From Eledone cirrhosa (Eukaryota), in NCBI GenBank assembly GCA_964016885.1, contig OZ024764.1, positions 17,360,001 through 17,424,000 of the forward strand: a stretch of DNA of 64,000 nucleotides, in the 5' to 3' direction. Positions 1 to 13,150 of the stretch are shown here, in pieces. The position numbers and the translations under genes are program-made. Numbering within the stretch: position 1 is the first letter of the stretch; each line of letters starts with the position of its first letter. Below the pieces are notes generated by a model that saw only the letters and a list, made by a program, of their open reading frames with translations, made no database searches and had not been told where the DNA came from.

Positions 1-507
1 CCAGCTAACCTCAGTCTCCTCTGTGTCACTCTCGAGCTGACTTTTGGGAGGCTCCCGTACAGCTCTGAGTTCTTCATCCTCAGTGTATACTGATTAATGT
101 TCAGAGCCATCCTCAGCATTCTCGTGTAGCACCCATCCACCATCTGAGTGAGTTTCTTGGTCAGTGTTCAAGTCTCAGACCCGTACAGCAGCACAGACTC
201 CACTACAGCAATGAAGAGGCGGATTTTCAGGTCTTTACGAAGGTCCGACTTCCTCCACACCGATCTCGGCTCAGAGCAGGAGAGTTAAGGCGAAAAAGAT
301 ATGAGATGCTGAATTTGCCGACGACATAGTTCTGATGACAAATACAGTGAAGGAGGCAGGAGGTGGAGACCGTGTCGAGTGTGGGGCTGAGAATGAATGA
401 GAGTAAGACGAAATATCTGGTAGAGAGTGTTGAGAAGCCAGAAGGGATCACTAATGTAGCAGGAAGCTGCTAGAATTGGTTGAGGACTTCGTGTATTTGG
501 AAGCAAA
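1..507 (-). mobile_element. RTE-clade LINE ORF2 3' fragment (degenerate)
   Basis: Minus-strand translation resembles the post-RT region (VGLRMNESKTKY, AVVESVLLYGSET, RRLRLAG) with stops and frameshifts; paralogous to 32300-33331. Confidence 0.75.
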
Positions 508-551
508 GCTTGGGGGTGTGCGTATATATATATATCATTATATGTGTGTGT

Positions 552-735
552 GGATTGGCAGTATCGGAAGAGAGTCAGACACCATGCTTTGCAGCAAAGA
601 GTTACGTCCCTTTACGATCTGAGTTCAAATCCCGCCGAGGTTGACTTTGCCTTTCATCCTTATGGGGTCGATAAAACAAAGTACCAGTAATGCACTGGGT
701 AATTGCTAGCCTTGTGCCTGAAGTAGAAACAATTA
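552..735 (+). mobile_element. tRNA-derived SINE, family A
   Basis: B-box GAGTTCAAATCC; same sequence recurs at ~5695-5880(-), 25195-25380(-), 45855-46035(-), 58560-58745(-), 58890-59075(+). Confidence 0.8.
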
Positions 736-749
736 TTTGTGTGTATATA

Positions 750-2560
750 TAGTGGCGGACTGGCCAGATTGCCCAATGACAAGTGGGCACCAGGGTAGCA
801 TTGCAAGAGGCCACAGTAGCATTGCAGGGCTCACTGTAGTATTTTAGGGGCCAATGCTTTGCTTTAAAAAACACCCTGAAATCTAAGAGAAAGAATAAAA
901 TTAAAATAAAACAATTAAGCAAAGTATTTGGTCAACCAATTCCCCGGGAATTACTGGAAACCATAATATATGATAGGGCAAATAGCTAGAATCAGTGGTT
1001 GTACATTCTACTAAATGTAAAGCTTAAGTATTCATGCATGCAAACATACAACACACACACATATATATATAGATAAATAGATGTGAAACAAAACGAGGAA
1101 GTAGTTTATTGAACACCCAAATGATTTAGACGTCGACCTTAAGTAGGAGCAATAAGATTAAGGAAGACACGAACGACACCGCAACACTTGTTTTGAAAAT
1201 TTTGAAAGTAGGTTTATAAGTATGAATTTTCCTAAGATTTTTGTAGTTGTCTCTGTAGCCTAGCGGTAAGTACTGGAAACGGTGGAGATCCTGGTTCTGG
1301 GTTCAATCCTGGTGGAGAGTTACATGAAACCTTTTTTCAGTTTTTATTTTTCAAACCATAGAAAAAAAACTGAAAAGGTTTACTGGGAACCCTACCAGGA
1401 TTGAACTTCAGACCAGGATCACCACTGACTGTGTGTCTCCCAACTAGGCCACCGAGACATCTACTAAAGTAAAAGGAAAATTGATAATTATAAACCTACT
1501 TTCAAAATCAAAGTTAAAAAGATGTGGTGTTGTTCATGACTTTCCTAGAGCTATTAGCCCCAGGGTAGCATTGCAAGAGGCCACAGTAGCATTGCAGGGC
1601 TCACTGTAGTATTTTAGGGGCCAATGCTTTGCTTTAAAAAACACCCTGAAATCTAAGAGAAAGAATAAAATTAAAATAAAACAATTAAGCAAAGTATTTG
1701 GTCAACCAATTCCCCGGGAATTACTGGAAACCATAATATATGATAGTGCAAATAGCTAGAATCAGTGGTTGCACATTCTACTAAATCTAAAGCTTAAGTA
1801 TTCATGCATGCAAACATACAACACACACACATATATATATATATAGATAAATAGATGTGAAACAAAACGAGGAAGTAGTTTATGGAACACCCAAATGATT
1901 TAGAAGTCGACCTTAAGTAGGAGCAATAAGATTAAGGAAGACACGAACGACACCACAACACTTTGGTTTGAAAATTTTGAAAGTAGGTTTATAAGTATGA
2001 ATTTTCCTAAGATTTTTGTAGTTGTCTCTGTAGCCTAGCGGTAAGTACTGGAAACAGTGGAGATCCTGGTTCTGGGTTCAATCCTGGTTGAGAGGTACAT
2101 GAAACCTTTTTTCAGTTTTTATTTTTCAAACCATAGAAAAAAAACTGAAAAGGTTTACTGGGAACCCTAGTCCTGACCAGGATTGAACTTCAGACCAGGA
2201 TCACCACTGTCTGTGAGTCTCCCAACTAGGCCACAGAGACATCTACAAAAGTAAACGGAAAATTGATAATTATAAACCTACTTTCAAAATCAAAGTTAAA
2301 AAGATGTGGTGTTGTTCATGGCTTTCCTAGAGTTATTAGTAATATTTAGGGTCGACTTCTGGTCATTATTGAAAGTCTGGATTTCACCAAAATACAAAAT
2401 ATATTTTATAGGGGAAGGTAAGATATTTTTCTACAAAAATTTTATTGCAGTTTTGTTACCACTTATGTATTTAAAAAAATGTTAAATGATAGCATTCTAT
2501 ATGTAGGTGGGACCCCTTCATCTCCTGGCAACCAATATTTTTAGACCCAGTCCACCACTG
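750..2560. mobile_element. Non-autonomous TIR DNA element, copy 1, with two internal ~780-bp tandem units
   Basis: Termini (T)AGTGGCGGACTGG ... CCAGTCCACCACTG embedded in TA repeats; unit restarts at ~1558 (cccagggtagcattgcaag); no transposase ORF. Confidence 0.7.
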
Positions 2561-2632
2561 TATATATATATATATCATCATGTAAATATAGATATTATGT
2601 GTGTATATATAGATCATCATCATGTGTATATA

Positions 2633-5247
2633 CAGTGGCTAACTGGCCAGATTGCCCAATGGCAAATGGGCCCCAGGGTAGCATTGCAAGAGGCCACAGT
2701 AGCATTGCAGGGCTCACTGTAGTATTTTAGGGGCCAATGCTTTGCTTTCAAATAATACCTGAAATCTAAGAGAAAGAATAAAATTAAAAAAAAAATTAAA
2801 ATAAAACAATTAAGCAAAGTATTTGGTCAACCAATTCCCCAGGGAATTACTGGAAACCATAATATATGATAGGGCAAATAGCTGGAATCAGTGGTTGTAC
2901 ATTCTACTAAATCTAAAGCTTAAGTATTCATGCATGCAAACATACAACACACACATATATATAGATAAATAGATGTGAAACAAAACGAGGAAGTAGTTTA
3001 TTGAACACCCAAATGATTTAGAAGTCGACCTTAAGTAGGAGCAATAAGATTAAGGAAGGCATGAATGACACCACAACACTTTGATTTGAAAATTTTGAAA
3101 GTAGGTTTATATGTATGAATTTTCCTGAGGTTTTTGTAGTTGTCTCTGTGGCCTAGCGGTAAGTACTGGAGACGGTGGAGATCCTGGTTCTGGGTTCAAT
3201 CCTGGCCGAGAGGTACATGTAATCTTTTTTCAGTTTTTTATTTTACAAACCATAGAAAAAAAACTGAAAAGGTTTACCAGGAACCCTACCCCCAACCAGG
3301 ATTGAACTTCAAACCAGGATCACCACTGTCTGTGTGTCTCCCAACTAGGCCACAGAGACATCTACAAAAGTAAAAGGAAAATTGATAATTATAAACCTAC
3401 TTTCAAAATCAAAGTTAAAAAGATGTGGTGGCGTTCATGGCTTTCCTAGAGTTATTAGCCCCAGGGTAGCATTGCAAGAGGCCACAGTAGCATTGCAGGG
3501 CTCACTGTAGTAATTTAGGGGCCAATGCTTTGCTTTCAAATAATACCTGAAATCTAAGAGAAAGAATAAAATAAAAAAATAAAAAAAATTAAAATAAAAC
3601 AATTAACCAAAGTATTTGGTCAACCAATTCCCCGGGAATTACTGGAAACCATAATATATGATAGGGCAAATAGCTGGAATCAGTGGTTGTACATTCTACT
3701 AAATCTAAAGCTTAAGTATTCATGCATGCAAACATACAACACACACATATATATATAGATAAATAGATGTGAAACAAAACGAGGAAGTAGTTTATTGAAC
3801 ACCCAAATGATTTAGAAGTCGACCTTAAGTAGGAGCAATAAGATTAAGGAAGACACAAACGACACCACAACACTTTGGTTTGAAAATTTTGAAAGTAGGT
3901 TTATATGTATGAATTTTCCTGAGGTTTTTGTAGTTGTTTCTGTGGCCTAGCGGTAAGTACTGGAGACGGTGGAGATCCTGGTTCTGGGTTCAATCCTGGT
4001 GGAGAGGTACATGAAACCTTTTTTTCCAGTTTTTATTTTTCAAACCATAGAAAAAAAAAATGAAAAGGTTTACCAGGAACCCTACCAGGATTGAACTTCA
4101 GACCAGGATCACCACTGACTGTGATTCTCCCAACTAGGCCACAGAGACATCTACAAAAGTAAAAGGAAAATTGATAATTATAAACCTACTTTCAAAATCA
4201 AAGTTAAAAAGATGTGGTGTTGTTCATGACTTTCCTAGAGCTATTAGCCCCAGGGTAGCATTGCAAGAGGCCACAGTAGCATTGCAGGGCTCACTGTAGT
4301 ATTTTAGGGGCCAATGCTTTGCTTTAAAAAACACCCTGAAATCTAAGAGAAAGAATAAAATTAAAATAAAACAATTAAGCAAAGTATTTGGTCAACCAAT
4401 TCCCCGGGAATTACTGGAAACCATAATATATGATAGGGCAAATAGCTGGAATCAGTGGTTGTACATTCTACTAAATCTAAAGCTTAAGTATTCATGCATG
4501 CAAACATACAACAGACACATATATATATATATAGATAAATAGATGTGAAACAAAACGAGGAAGTAGTTTATGGAACACCCAAATGATTTAGAAGTCGACC
4601 TTAAGTAGGAGCAATAAGATTAAGGAAGACACAAACGACACCACAACACTTTGGTTTGAAAATTTTGAAAGTAGGTTTATAAGTATGATTTTTCCTGAGA
4701 TTTTTGTAGTTGTCTCTGTGGCCTAGTGGTAAGTACTGGAAACAGTGGAGATCCTGGTTCTGGGTTCAATCCTGGCCGAGTTTTTATTTTACAAACCATA
4801 GAAAAAAAACTGAAAAGGTTTACCAGGAACCCTACCCCCAACCAGGATTGAACTTCAGACCAGGATCACCACTGTCTGTGATTCTCCCAACTAGGCCACA
4901 GAGACATCTACAAAAGTAAAAGGAAAATTGATAATTATAAACCTACTTTCAAAATCAAAGTTAAAAAGATGTGGTGTTGTTCATGGCTTTCCTAGAGTTA
5001 TTAGTAATATTTATGGTCGACTTCTAGTCATTATTGAAAGTCTCTGGATTTCACCAAAATACAAAATATATTTTATAGGGGAAGGTAAGATATTTTTCTA
5101 CAAAAATTTTATTGCAGTTTTGTTACCACTTATGTATTTAAAAAAATGTTATTTATTCATTATAAAAATTAAATGATAGCATTCTATATGTAGGTGGGAC
5201 CCCTTCATCTCCTGGCAACCAATATTTTTAGACCCAGTCCACCACTG
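2633..5247. mobile_element. Non-autonomous TIR DNA element, copy 2, with three internal ~790-bp tandem units
   Basis: Termini CAGTGGCTAACTGG ... CCAGTCCACCACTG; units restart at ~3459 and ~4248; highly similar to copy 1. Confidence 0.7.
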
Positions 5248-5302
5248 TGTGTGTGTATATATATATATATATAGCTTCTAATTTGAATGGAAGGAGATGG
5301 GT

Positions 5303-5373
5303 GATGTATTGGTGTAATGGTAGCACAGTGGTCTGGATAACCAAAGATGTGGGTTCGACACCCATGTACATCA
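5303..5373 (+). pseudogene. tRNA-like cloverleaf (anticodon loop CT-GGA-TA), probably a repeat-derived pseudo-tRNA or SINE head
   Basis: Acceptor stem GATGTAT/GTACATC, D stem GTGT/GCAC, anticodon stem TGGT/ACCA, T arm GTGGG-TTCGACA-CCCAT, downstream T5; non-canonical pyrimidine at position 37 and short variable loop. Confidence 0.5.
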
Positions 5374-5984
5374 ATACTCATCTTTTTCCATTTCTCCGAG
5401 GGTTCGAAACCCCACTATCAGGCTAAAAATTTCTTTAGTCAAAAATACGGTGAAAGCTTATATTACTAATTTCAAACTAGCTCACTGTTTCAAAACATAC
5501 TTACAGATATATATATCATCATGGTATGGTATGAACTTGTAACTCCCATGGGGGTCGTAGGGGGTGCCATATTGACATACATCGTTTCTTGGGCAGTTTT
5601 TAACCCTCGGCCAGAGTTCACTCATCTCTTTCTGTTCAAACCAGCTGTAACTGGCCACTCATACTTGTGTTAAGGTATTGTTCTCAAAATAAATAATTGT
5701 TTCTACTTTTGGCACAAGGCCAACAATTACCCCAGTGTATTACTGGTAGTTTATTTTATCGACCCCGTAAGGATGAAAGGCGAAGTTAACCTCGGTGGGA
5801 TTTGAACTCAGAATGGCAAGGACGGTAACTCTATGCGTCAAAGCATGGCGTTTGACCCTCTACCGAGACTGCCAATCCACAAAATAATTAATATCAAGAT
5901 CTCATAGATACAATATTATGGGATAAACTGTTTACCATGAAAATATAATAGCAAATATAAAGTAATGTAAATGCTAAAGGGTTA

Positions 5985-6520
5985 AATAGATAGCTAGAGA
6001 GCGGCTGACACCCTAGGCCTTCTTGACAATGTTTCCAGAAGTCATGGGAGCTGTGCTGTTTTCTGACTTTGTAGGCATGTCCACGGGTGTTAGACACATG
6101 GAATTCAAAAAGGTGCTCAGGGTTTTTGTTGGCGAGATGGTTAATAATTTGGGTGTCTACCAAGTCAGGTGCCAGACGTTGGAGCTTCAATGTATCCATA
6201 CCCAGGGAAGCAACGTGTTCAGAGTATGGTAGATGCCTGATGGAGGGTATTCGCTTGGTTGCATGTCTCTGAACAGTTTCCAGGAGGTCAATATTCTGAG
6301 CAAAATAGGGGTTCCAGACTGGTGCTGCAAATTCTAAGTGTGGCCACACCATAGCTATATACAGCTTTAAATAGATAGCTGGAGAGTGGCTGACAAAGAT
6401 CTTGCTGAGTGATGCTAAGACACCCTCGACCTTCTTGACAATGTTTCCCAAAGTCACGGGAGCTGTGCTGTTTTCTGACTTTGTAAACATGTCTATGGGC
6501 GTTAGACAAATAGATGATGA
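5985..6520 (-). mobile_element. CR1-clade LINE ORF2 3' fragment
   Basis: LYIAMVWPHLEFAAPVWNPY...LETVQRHATKRIP...TRGHAYKV resembles the CR1 C-terminal region; segment ~6020-6095 is duplicated at ~6432-6507. Confidence 0.8.
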
Positions 6521-6694
6521 AAGATTGGCTTTTACACCTAACTCCCTCCTCGTGATGCTGCTGATGATAACAGCAATGAAGGCAATGATTAAAAAGATGA
6601 AATGAAATGAAAATTCTGAAAATGTATTCAAAAACATTTATTCGGAAAAAAAAAATTTGAAAATGGCAAAACAAAAGACAAACATAGAATATTA

Positions 6695-8100
6695 GTAATA
6701 GTAGCAGTGGTGGTGGTGGTAGTAGTAGTGTTGGGTATAACTGCAGTGGTGGTGGTAGTAGTAGTGTCAGTGGTGGTGGCTGTTGTTGAGGTGTTGGTGG
6801 TGGGTATAACTGCTGTGGTGGTGGTAGTAGTAGTAGTGTCAATGGTGGTGTTGTTGAAGTGGTAGTAGTGTCAGTGGTGGTGTTGTTGAGGTGGTCGCGG
6901 GTATAACTGCTGTGGTGGTGGTAGTAGTAGTGTCAATGGTGGTGTTGTTGAAGTGGTAGTAGTGTCAGTGGTGGTGTTGTTGAGGTGGTCGCGGGTATAA
7001 CTGCTGTGGTGGTGGTAGTAGTAGTGTCAATGGTGGTGTTGGTAGTAGTAGTGTCAGTAGTGGTTGTTGTTGTGATGGTAGTAGTAGTAGAAGTGTTAGC
7101 GGTGTCTGTAGTTATGGTAGTGTTGGTGGTGATAGTTGTTATAGTTGTAGAGGTAATAGTAGTAGTGGCTGTTGTTGAGGTGGTGGTGATGGTAGTAGTA
7201 GCGTTAGAGGTTGTAGGAGAGGTGGTAGTGTTCACAGCTACAGATGTGATGGTGGTGATAACTGTTATTGTTGTAGAGGTGGTAGTATTTGTGGTAGTAT
7301 TGACAGCTACAGATGTAAGGTGGTGGTGACAGTTGTTGTAGAGGTGGTAGTATTGACAGCTACAGATGTAAGGTGGTGGTGACAGTTGTTGTAGAGGTGG
7401 TAGTATTGACAGCTACAGATGTAAGGTGGTGGTGACAGTTGTTGTAGAGGTGGTAGTATTGACAGCTACAGATGTAAGGTGGTGGTAACAGTTGTTGTAG
7501 AGGTGGTAGTATTGACAGCTACAGATGTAAGGTGGTGGTGACAGTTGTTGTAGAGGTGGTAGTATTTATGGTAGTATTGACAGCTACAGATGTAAGGTGG
7601 TGGTGACAGTTGTTGTAGAGGTGGTAGTATTTATGGTAGTATTGACAGCTACAGATGTAAGGTGGTGGTGACAGTTGTTGTAGAGGTGGTAGTATTTATG
7701 GTAGTATTGACAGCTACAGATGTAAGGTGGTGGTGACAGTTGTTGTAGAGGTGGTAGTATTTGTGGTAATATTGACAGCTACAGATGTAAGGTGGTGGTG
7801 ACAGTTGTAGAGGTGGTAGTATTGACAGCTACAGATGTAAGGTGGTGGTGACAGTTGTTGTAGAGGTGGTAGTATTTATGGTAGTATTGACAGCTACAGA
7901 TGTAAGGTGGTGGTGACAGTTGTTGTAGAGGTGGTAGTATTTATGGTAGTATTGACAGCTACAGATGTAAGGTGGTGGTGACAGTTGTTGTAGAGGTGGT
8001 AGTATTTGTGGTAATATTGACAGCTACAGATGTAAGGTGGTGGTGACAGTTGTAGAGGTGGTAGTATTGACAGCTACAGATGTAACGTGGTGACAGTTGT
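6695..8100. repeat. (GTA/GTG)n low-complexity tract grading into a 53-64-bp minisatellite
   Basis: Unit gacagctacagatgtaaggtggtggtgacagttgttgtagaggtggtagtatt repeated ~7300-8100. Confidence 0.9.
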
Positions 8101-8214
8101 TATAATCTTTATACATGAAAACTAGATTCTGGGTGAGAGATAATTTATTGGAGGGTGGCAATGATTAGGGTTGGCAAGGTGTGCAAATTTATAAACATAT
8201 CCCAAATTTCACTG

Positions 8215-10960
8215 CCACAGCTTCTTCTTCCACTTATTCCTGAGAGGGTCATGGACACAGAGTCCTCAAACACTCCCTCCAGTGTGTCCTGTCAGAAACA
8301 ACCAACTTCAATTGATCTGGCTGGATCCTCCAAGTGTGACCAACCAACCTCATGGATGTTATCCAATCATCTTGCTCAGGCTCTACTACCGGTTGGTTTT
8401 ACCTGTAAAATGTGTCCAGAGATTCTTTCCTGAGACATTCTAACCACATGTCTGTAGTATCAGAACTGTGATCTCTCAATTCAGAGATTCTTTCCTGAGA
8501 CATTCTAACCACATGTCTGTAGTACCAGAGCTGTGGTCTCTCAATCCAGAGATTCTTTCCTCAGACATTCTAACCACATGTCTGTAGTATCAGAGCTGTG
8601 GTCTCTCAATTCAGAGATTCTTTCCTGAGACATTCTAACCACATGTCTGTAGTATCAGAGCTATTATCTCTCAATTCAGAGATTCTTTCCTGAGACATTC
8701 TAACCACATGTCTGTAGTATCAGAGCTGTGGTCTCTCAATCCAGAGATTCTTTCCTGAGACATTCTAACCACATGTCTGTAGTATCAGAGCTGTGATCTC
8801 TCAATCCAGAGATTCTTTCCTGAGATATTCTAACCACATGTCTGTAGTATCAGAGCTGTGATCTCTCAATTCAGAGATTCTTTCCTGAGAAATTCTAACC
8901 ACATGTCTGTAGTATCAGAGCTGTGATCTCCTAATCCAGAGATTCTTTCCTCAGACATTCTAACCACATGTCTGTCGTATCAGAACTGTGATCTCTCAAT
9001 TCAGAGATTCTTTCCTGAGACATTCTAACCACATGTCTGTAGTATCAGAGCTGTGGTCTCTCAATCCAGAGATTCTTTCCTCAGACATTCTAACCACATG
9101 TCTGTAGTATCAGAGCTGTGGTCTCTCAATTCAGAGATTCTTTCCTGAGACATTCTAACCACATGTCTGTAGTATCAGAGCTATTATCTCTCAATTCAGA
9201 GATTCTTTCCTGAGACATTCTAACCACATGTCTGTAGTATCAGAGCTGTGGTCTCTCAATCCAGAGATTCTTTCCTGAGACATTCTAACCACATGTCTGT
9301 AGTATCAGAACTGTGATCTCTCAATTCAGAGATTCTTTCCTGAGACATTCTAACCACATGTCTGTAGTATCAGAGCTGTGGTCTCTCAATCCAGAGATTC
9401 TTTCCTGAGACATTCTAACCACATGTCTGTAGTATCAGAGCTGTGGTCTCTCAATCCAGAGATTCTTTCCTGAGACATTCTAACCACATGTCTGTAGTAT
9501 CAGAGCTGTGATCTCTCAATTCAGAGATTTTTTCCTGAGACATTCTAACCACATGTCTGTAGTATCAGAGCTATTATCTCTCAATTCAGAGATTCTTTCC
9601 TCAGACATTCTAACCACATGTCTGTAGTATCAGAGCTGTGATCTCTCAATTCAGAGATTTTTTCCTGAGACATTCTAACCACATGTCTGTAGTATCAGAG
9701 CTATTATCTCTCAATTCAGAGATTCTTTCCTCAGACATTCTAACCACATGTCTGTAGTATCAGAACTGTGGTCTCTCAATCCAGAGATTCTTTCCTGAGA
9801 CATTCTAACCACATGTCTGTAGTATCAGAGCTGTGGTCTCTCAATCCAGAGATTCTTTCCTGAGACATTCTAACCACATGTCTGTAGTATCAGAGCTGTG
9901 GTCTCTCAATCCAGAGATTCTTTCCTGAGACATTCTAACCACATGTCTGTAGTATCAGAGCTGTGATCTCTCAATTCAGAGATTTTTTCCTGAGACATTC
10001 TAACCACATGTCTGTAGTATCAGAGCTATTATCTCTCAATTCAGAGATTCTTTCCTCAGACATTCTAACCACATGTCTGTAGTATCAGAGCTGTGATCTC
10101 TCAATTCAGAGATTTTTTCCTGAGACATTCTAACCACATGTCTGTAGTATCAGAGCTATTATCTCTCAATTCAGAGATTCTTTCCTCAGACATTCTAACC
10201 ACATGTCTGTAGTATCAGAACTGTGGTCTCTCAATCCAGAGATTCTTTCCTGAGACATTCTAACCACATGTCTGTAGTATCAGAACTGTGATCTCTCAAT
10301 TCAGAGATTCTTTCCTGAGACATTCTAACCACATGTCTGTAGTATCAGAGCTGTGGTCTCTCAATCCAGAGATTCTTTCCTGAGACATTCTAACCACATG
10401 TCTGTAGTATCAGAGCTGTGGTCTCTCAATCCAGAGATTCTTTCCTGAGACATTCTAACCACATGTCTGTAGTATCAGAGCTGTGATCTCTCAATTCAGA
10501 GATTTTTTCCTGAGACATTCTAACCACATGTCTGTAGTATCAGAGCTATTATCTCTCAATTCAGAGATTCTTTCCTCAGACATTCTAACCACATGTCTGT
10601 AGTATCAGAGCTGTGATCTCTCAATTCAGAGATTTTTTCCTGAGACATTCTAACCACATGTCTGTAGTATCAGAGCTATTATCTCTCAATTCAGAGATTC
10701 TTTCCTCAGACATTCTAACCACATGTCTGTAGTATCAGAGCTGTGATCTCTCAATTCAGAGATTTTTTCCTGAGACATTCTAACCACATGTCTGTAGTAT
10801 CAGAGCTATTATCTCTCAATTCAGAGATTCTTTCCTGAGACATTCTAACCACATGTCTGTAGTATCAGAGCTGAGATCTCTCAATTCAGAGAGGTAGTGG
10901 CTCTACCTGGAGTGACTCACTGATCTCCAAGCTACGCACTTTATCGAGTAATGTTACTAC
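8215..10960 (-). repeat. RTE LINE 3' fragment containing a 65-bp satellite (~38 copies, ~8417-10890)
   Basis: Unit cagagattctttcctgagacattctaaccacatgtctgtagtatcagagctgtgatctctcaatt; minus strand reads IERSQL*YYRHVVRMSQERIS, like the RTE motif LRWFGHVVRM. Confidence 0.85.
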
Positions 10961-11137
10961 ACTGCTACAGCTGCATACAAAATAATGGAAGTTGGAAGGA
11001 AAAAAACCCTGAAATCTGTACCAAGCCAAGGAGCTGATCATGCTAGAGTCTATTTTGGTTTCCTTGGTGTGAAGTGACTGAGAGTACAAGACTTCCCTTG
11101 GATAGGACTCCAGTCCATCACAGAGCTAAAGTCTGTT

Positions 11138-11332
11138 TTAACCCTTTAGCATTTAAACCAGCCATATCCAACCAAAATTCTCTCACTTTTTTCTGTTCAA
11201 ACTGGCCACAACCAGACACTTATATGTTAAGGTATTGTTCTCAAAATCTGATAGATTAGATATGTGAGATAAAAGATTTTGCCATGAAAATACAATAGTA
11301 TATATAGAGTAATTTAAATACTAAATGGTTAA
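11138..11332. mobile_element. piggyBac-like MITE
   Basis: TTAA|CCCTTTAGCATTTA ... TAAATACTAAATGG|TTAA; related copies at ~21650-21853 and ~29993-30190. Confidence 0.65.
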
Positions 11333-11849
11333 AGCCTGTCTCAAGCCCTGAGGGGGGAAAGCATATATATACACACACACACGCACACATATATATATAT
11401 ATGATGGCGTTTATTGACAACTATGGATCTCCCTGGCACCAGGGTGTCTGTGAACCTTCACCTGCTATAAGTCGACAGTCATTACATCTTGCAACACCGT
11501 GGAGATCAAAGTTCACTGATTCTCTCTTAACATGGCTGCCACTGTGGCTCTTCAGGCCAGACTTGCTCAAGCACATCTTTCCACAACCAGGACACACCAA
11601 TTCAATGGAGACACTGATCGTTTAGAGAGATACACCAGGGCATTGCTTACACACATCTTAATTGATGATATTACACTGTATGTATCTATTCCCCAAATTA
11701 TGGACCCCATTATTCACCTTTCCACGCCAAATTTTTTATTTCAAGAGCTTTTAACTCCCAGTCAGGCACCATCAAACCAATTTTTTTTTCAATATATACA
11801 TATACACACACATGTATAGGTATAGCTGTGTGGTTAAAGAGGGTTTCAA

Positions 11850-13150
11850 AACCACTTATTCCTGAGAGGATCATGGGAGCAGAGTCCTTAAACACTGACT
11901 CCAGCAGGTCCTGTCAGAAGCAACTGTCTCAACTGATCCGGCTGGACCCCCCAAGCTCATCGATGTTATCCAACCATCTTGCTCAGGGTCTACCCCTGGG
12001 TCTCCTGCCGGTTGGTTTTGCCTGTAAAATGTGTCCAGAGATTCTTTCCTGAGACATTCTAACTACATGTCTGTAGTATCAGAGCTGTGATCTCTCAATT
12101 CAGAGATTCTTTCCTCAGACATTCTAACCACATGTCTGTAGTATCAGAGCTGTGATCTCTCAATTCAGAGATTCTTTCCTGAGACATTCTAACTACATGT
12201 CTGTAGTATCAGAGCTGTGATCTCTCAACCCAGAGATTCTTTCCTGAGACATTCTAACCACATGTCTGTAGTATCAGAGCTGTGATCTCTCAATTCAGAG
12301 ATTCTTTCCTGAGACATTCTAACCACATGTCTGTAGTATCAGAGCTGTGATCTCTCAATTCAGAGATTCTTCCCTGAGACATTCTAACCACATGTCTGTA
12401 GTATCAGAGCTGTGATCTCTCAATTCAGAGATTCTTTCCTCAGACATTCTAACCACATGTCTGTAGTATCAGAGCTGTGATCTCTCAATCCAGAGATTCT
12501 TTCCTCAGACATTCTAACCACATGTCTGTAGTATCAGAGCTGTGATCTCCTAATCCAGAGATTCTTTCCTCAGACATTCTAACCACATGTCTGTAGTATC
12601 AGAGCTGTGATCTCTCAATTCAGAGATTCTTTCCTGAGACATTCTAACCACATGTCTGTAGTATCAGAGCTGTGATCTCTCAATCCAGAGATTCTTTCCT
12701 CAGACATTCTAACCACATGTCTGTAGTATCAGAGCTGTGATCTCTCAATTCAGAGATTCTTTCCTCAGACATTCTAACCACATGTCTGTAGTATCAGAGC
12801 TGTGATCTCTCAATTCAGAGATTCTTTCCTCAGACATTCTAACCACATGTCTGTAGTATCAGAGCTGTGATCTCTCAATTTGGAGAAGTAGCAGCTCTAC
12901 CTGGAATGACTGATCTGAGCTACACACACTATCGAGTAAAGACCCTTCAAAGGAACCCCATTTTGGCCACTTGTATTCAATCATTTTCTTTCAGTCACTA
13001 CTTAAGGTTCATGACCACAGGTAAGGGTTCGCAGTTTCCAATTGATCCAGCTGGATCCACAAGAAAGACCAGCCAAGCTCATGGATATTATTCAACCATC
13101 CTACTAGAGGTGGGTCTACCCCTGGGTCTCCTGCCAGTTGGTTTTGCTAA
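11850..13150 (-). repeat. Second RTE 3' fragment with the same 65-bp satellite (~13 copies, ~12035-12880)
   Basis: Same unit and same LINE flanks as 8215-10960. Confidence 0.85.

Noticed and set aside
8417-10890. Regular arrays resembling CRISPR (also 26787-29350, 43049-44273, 52229-53287)
   Set aside because: Head-to-tail tandem units with no unique spacers, no cas genes and a eukaryotic context.
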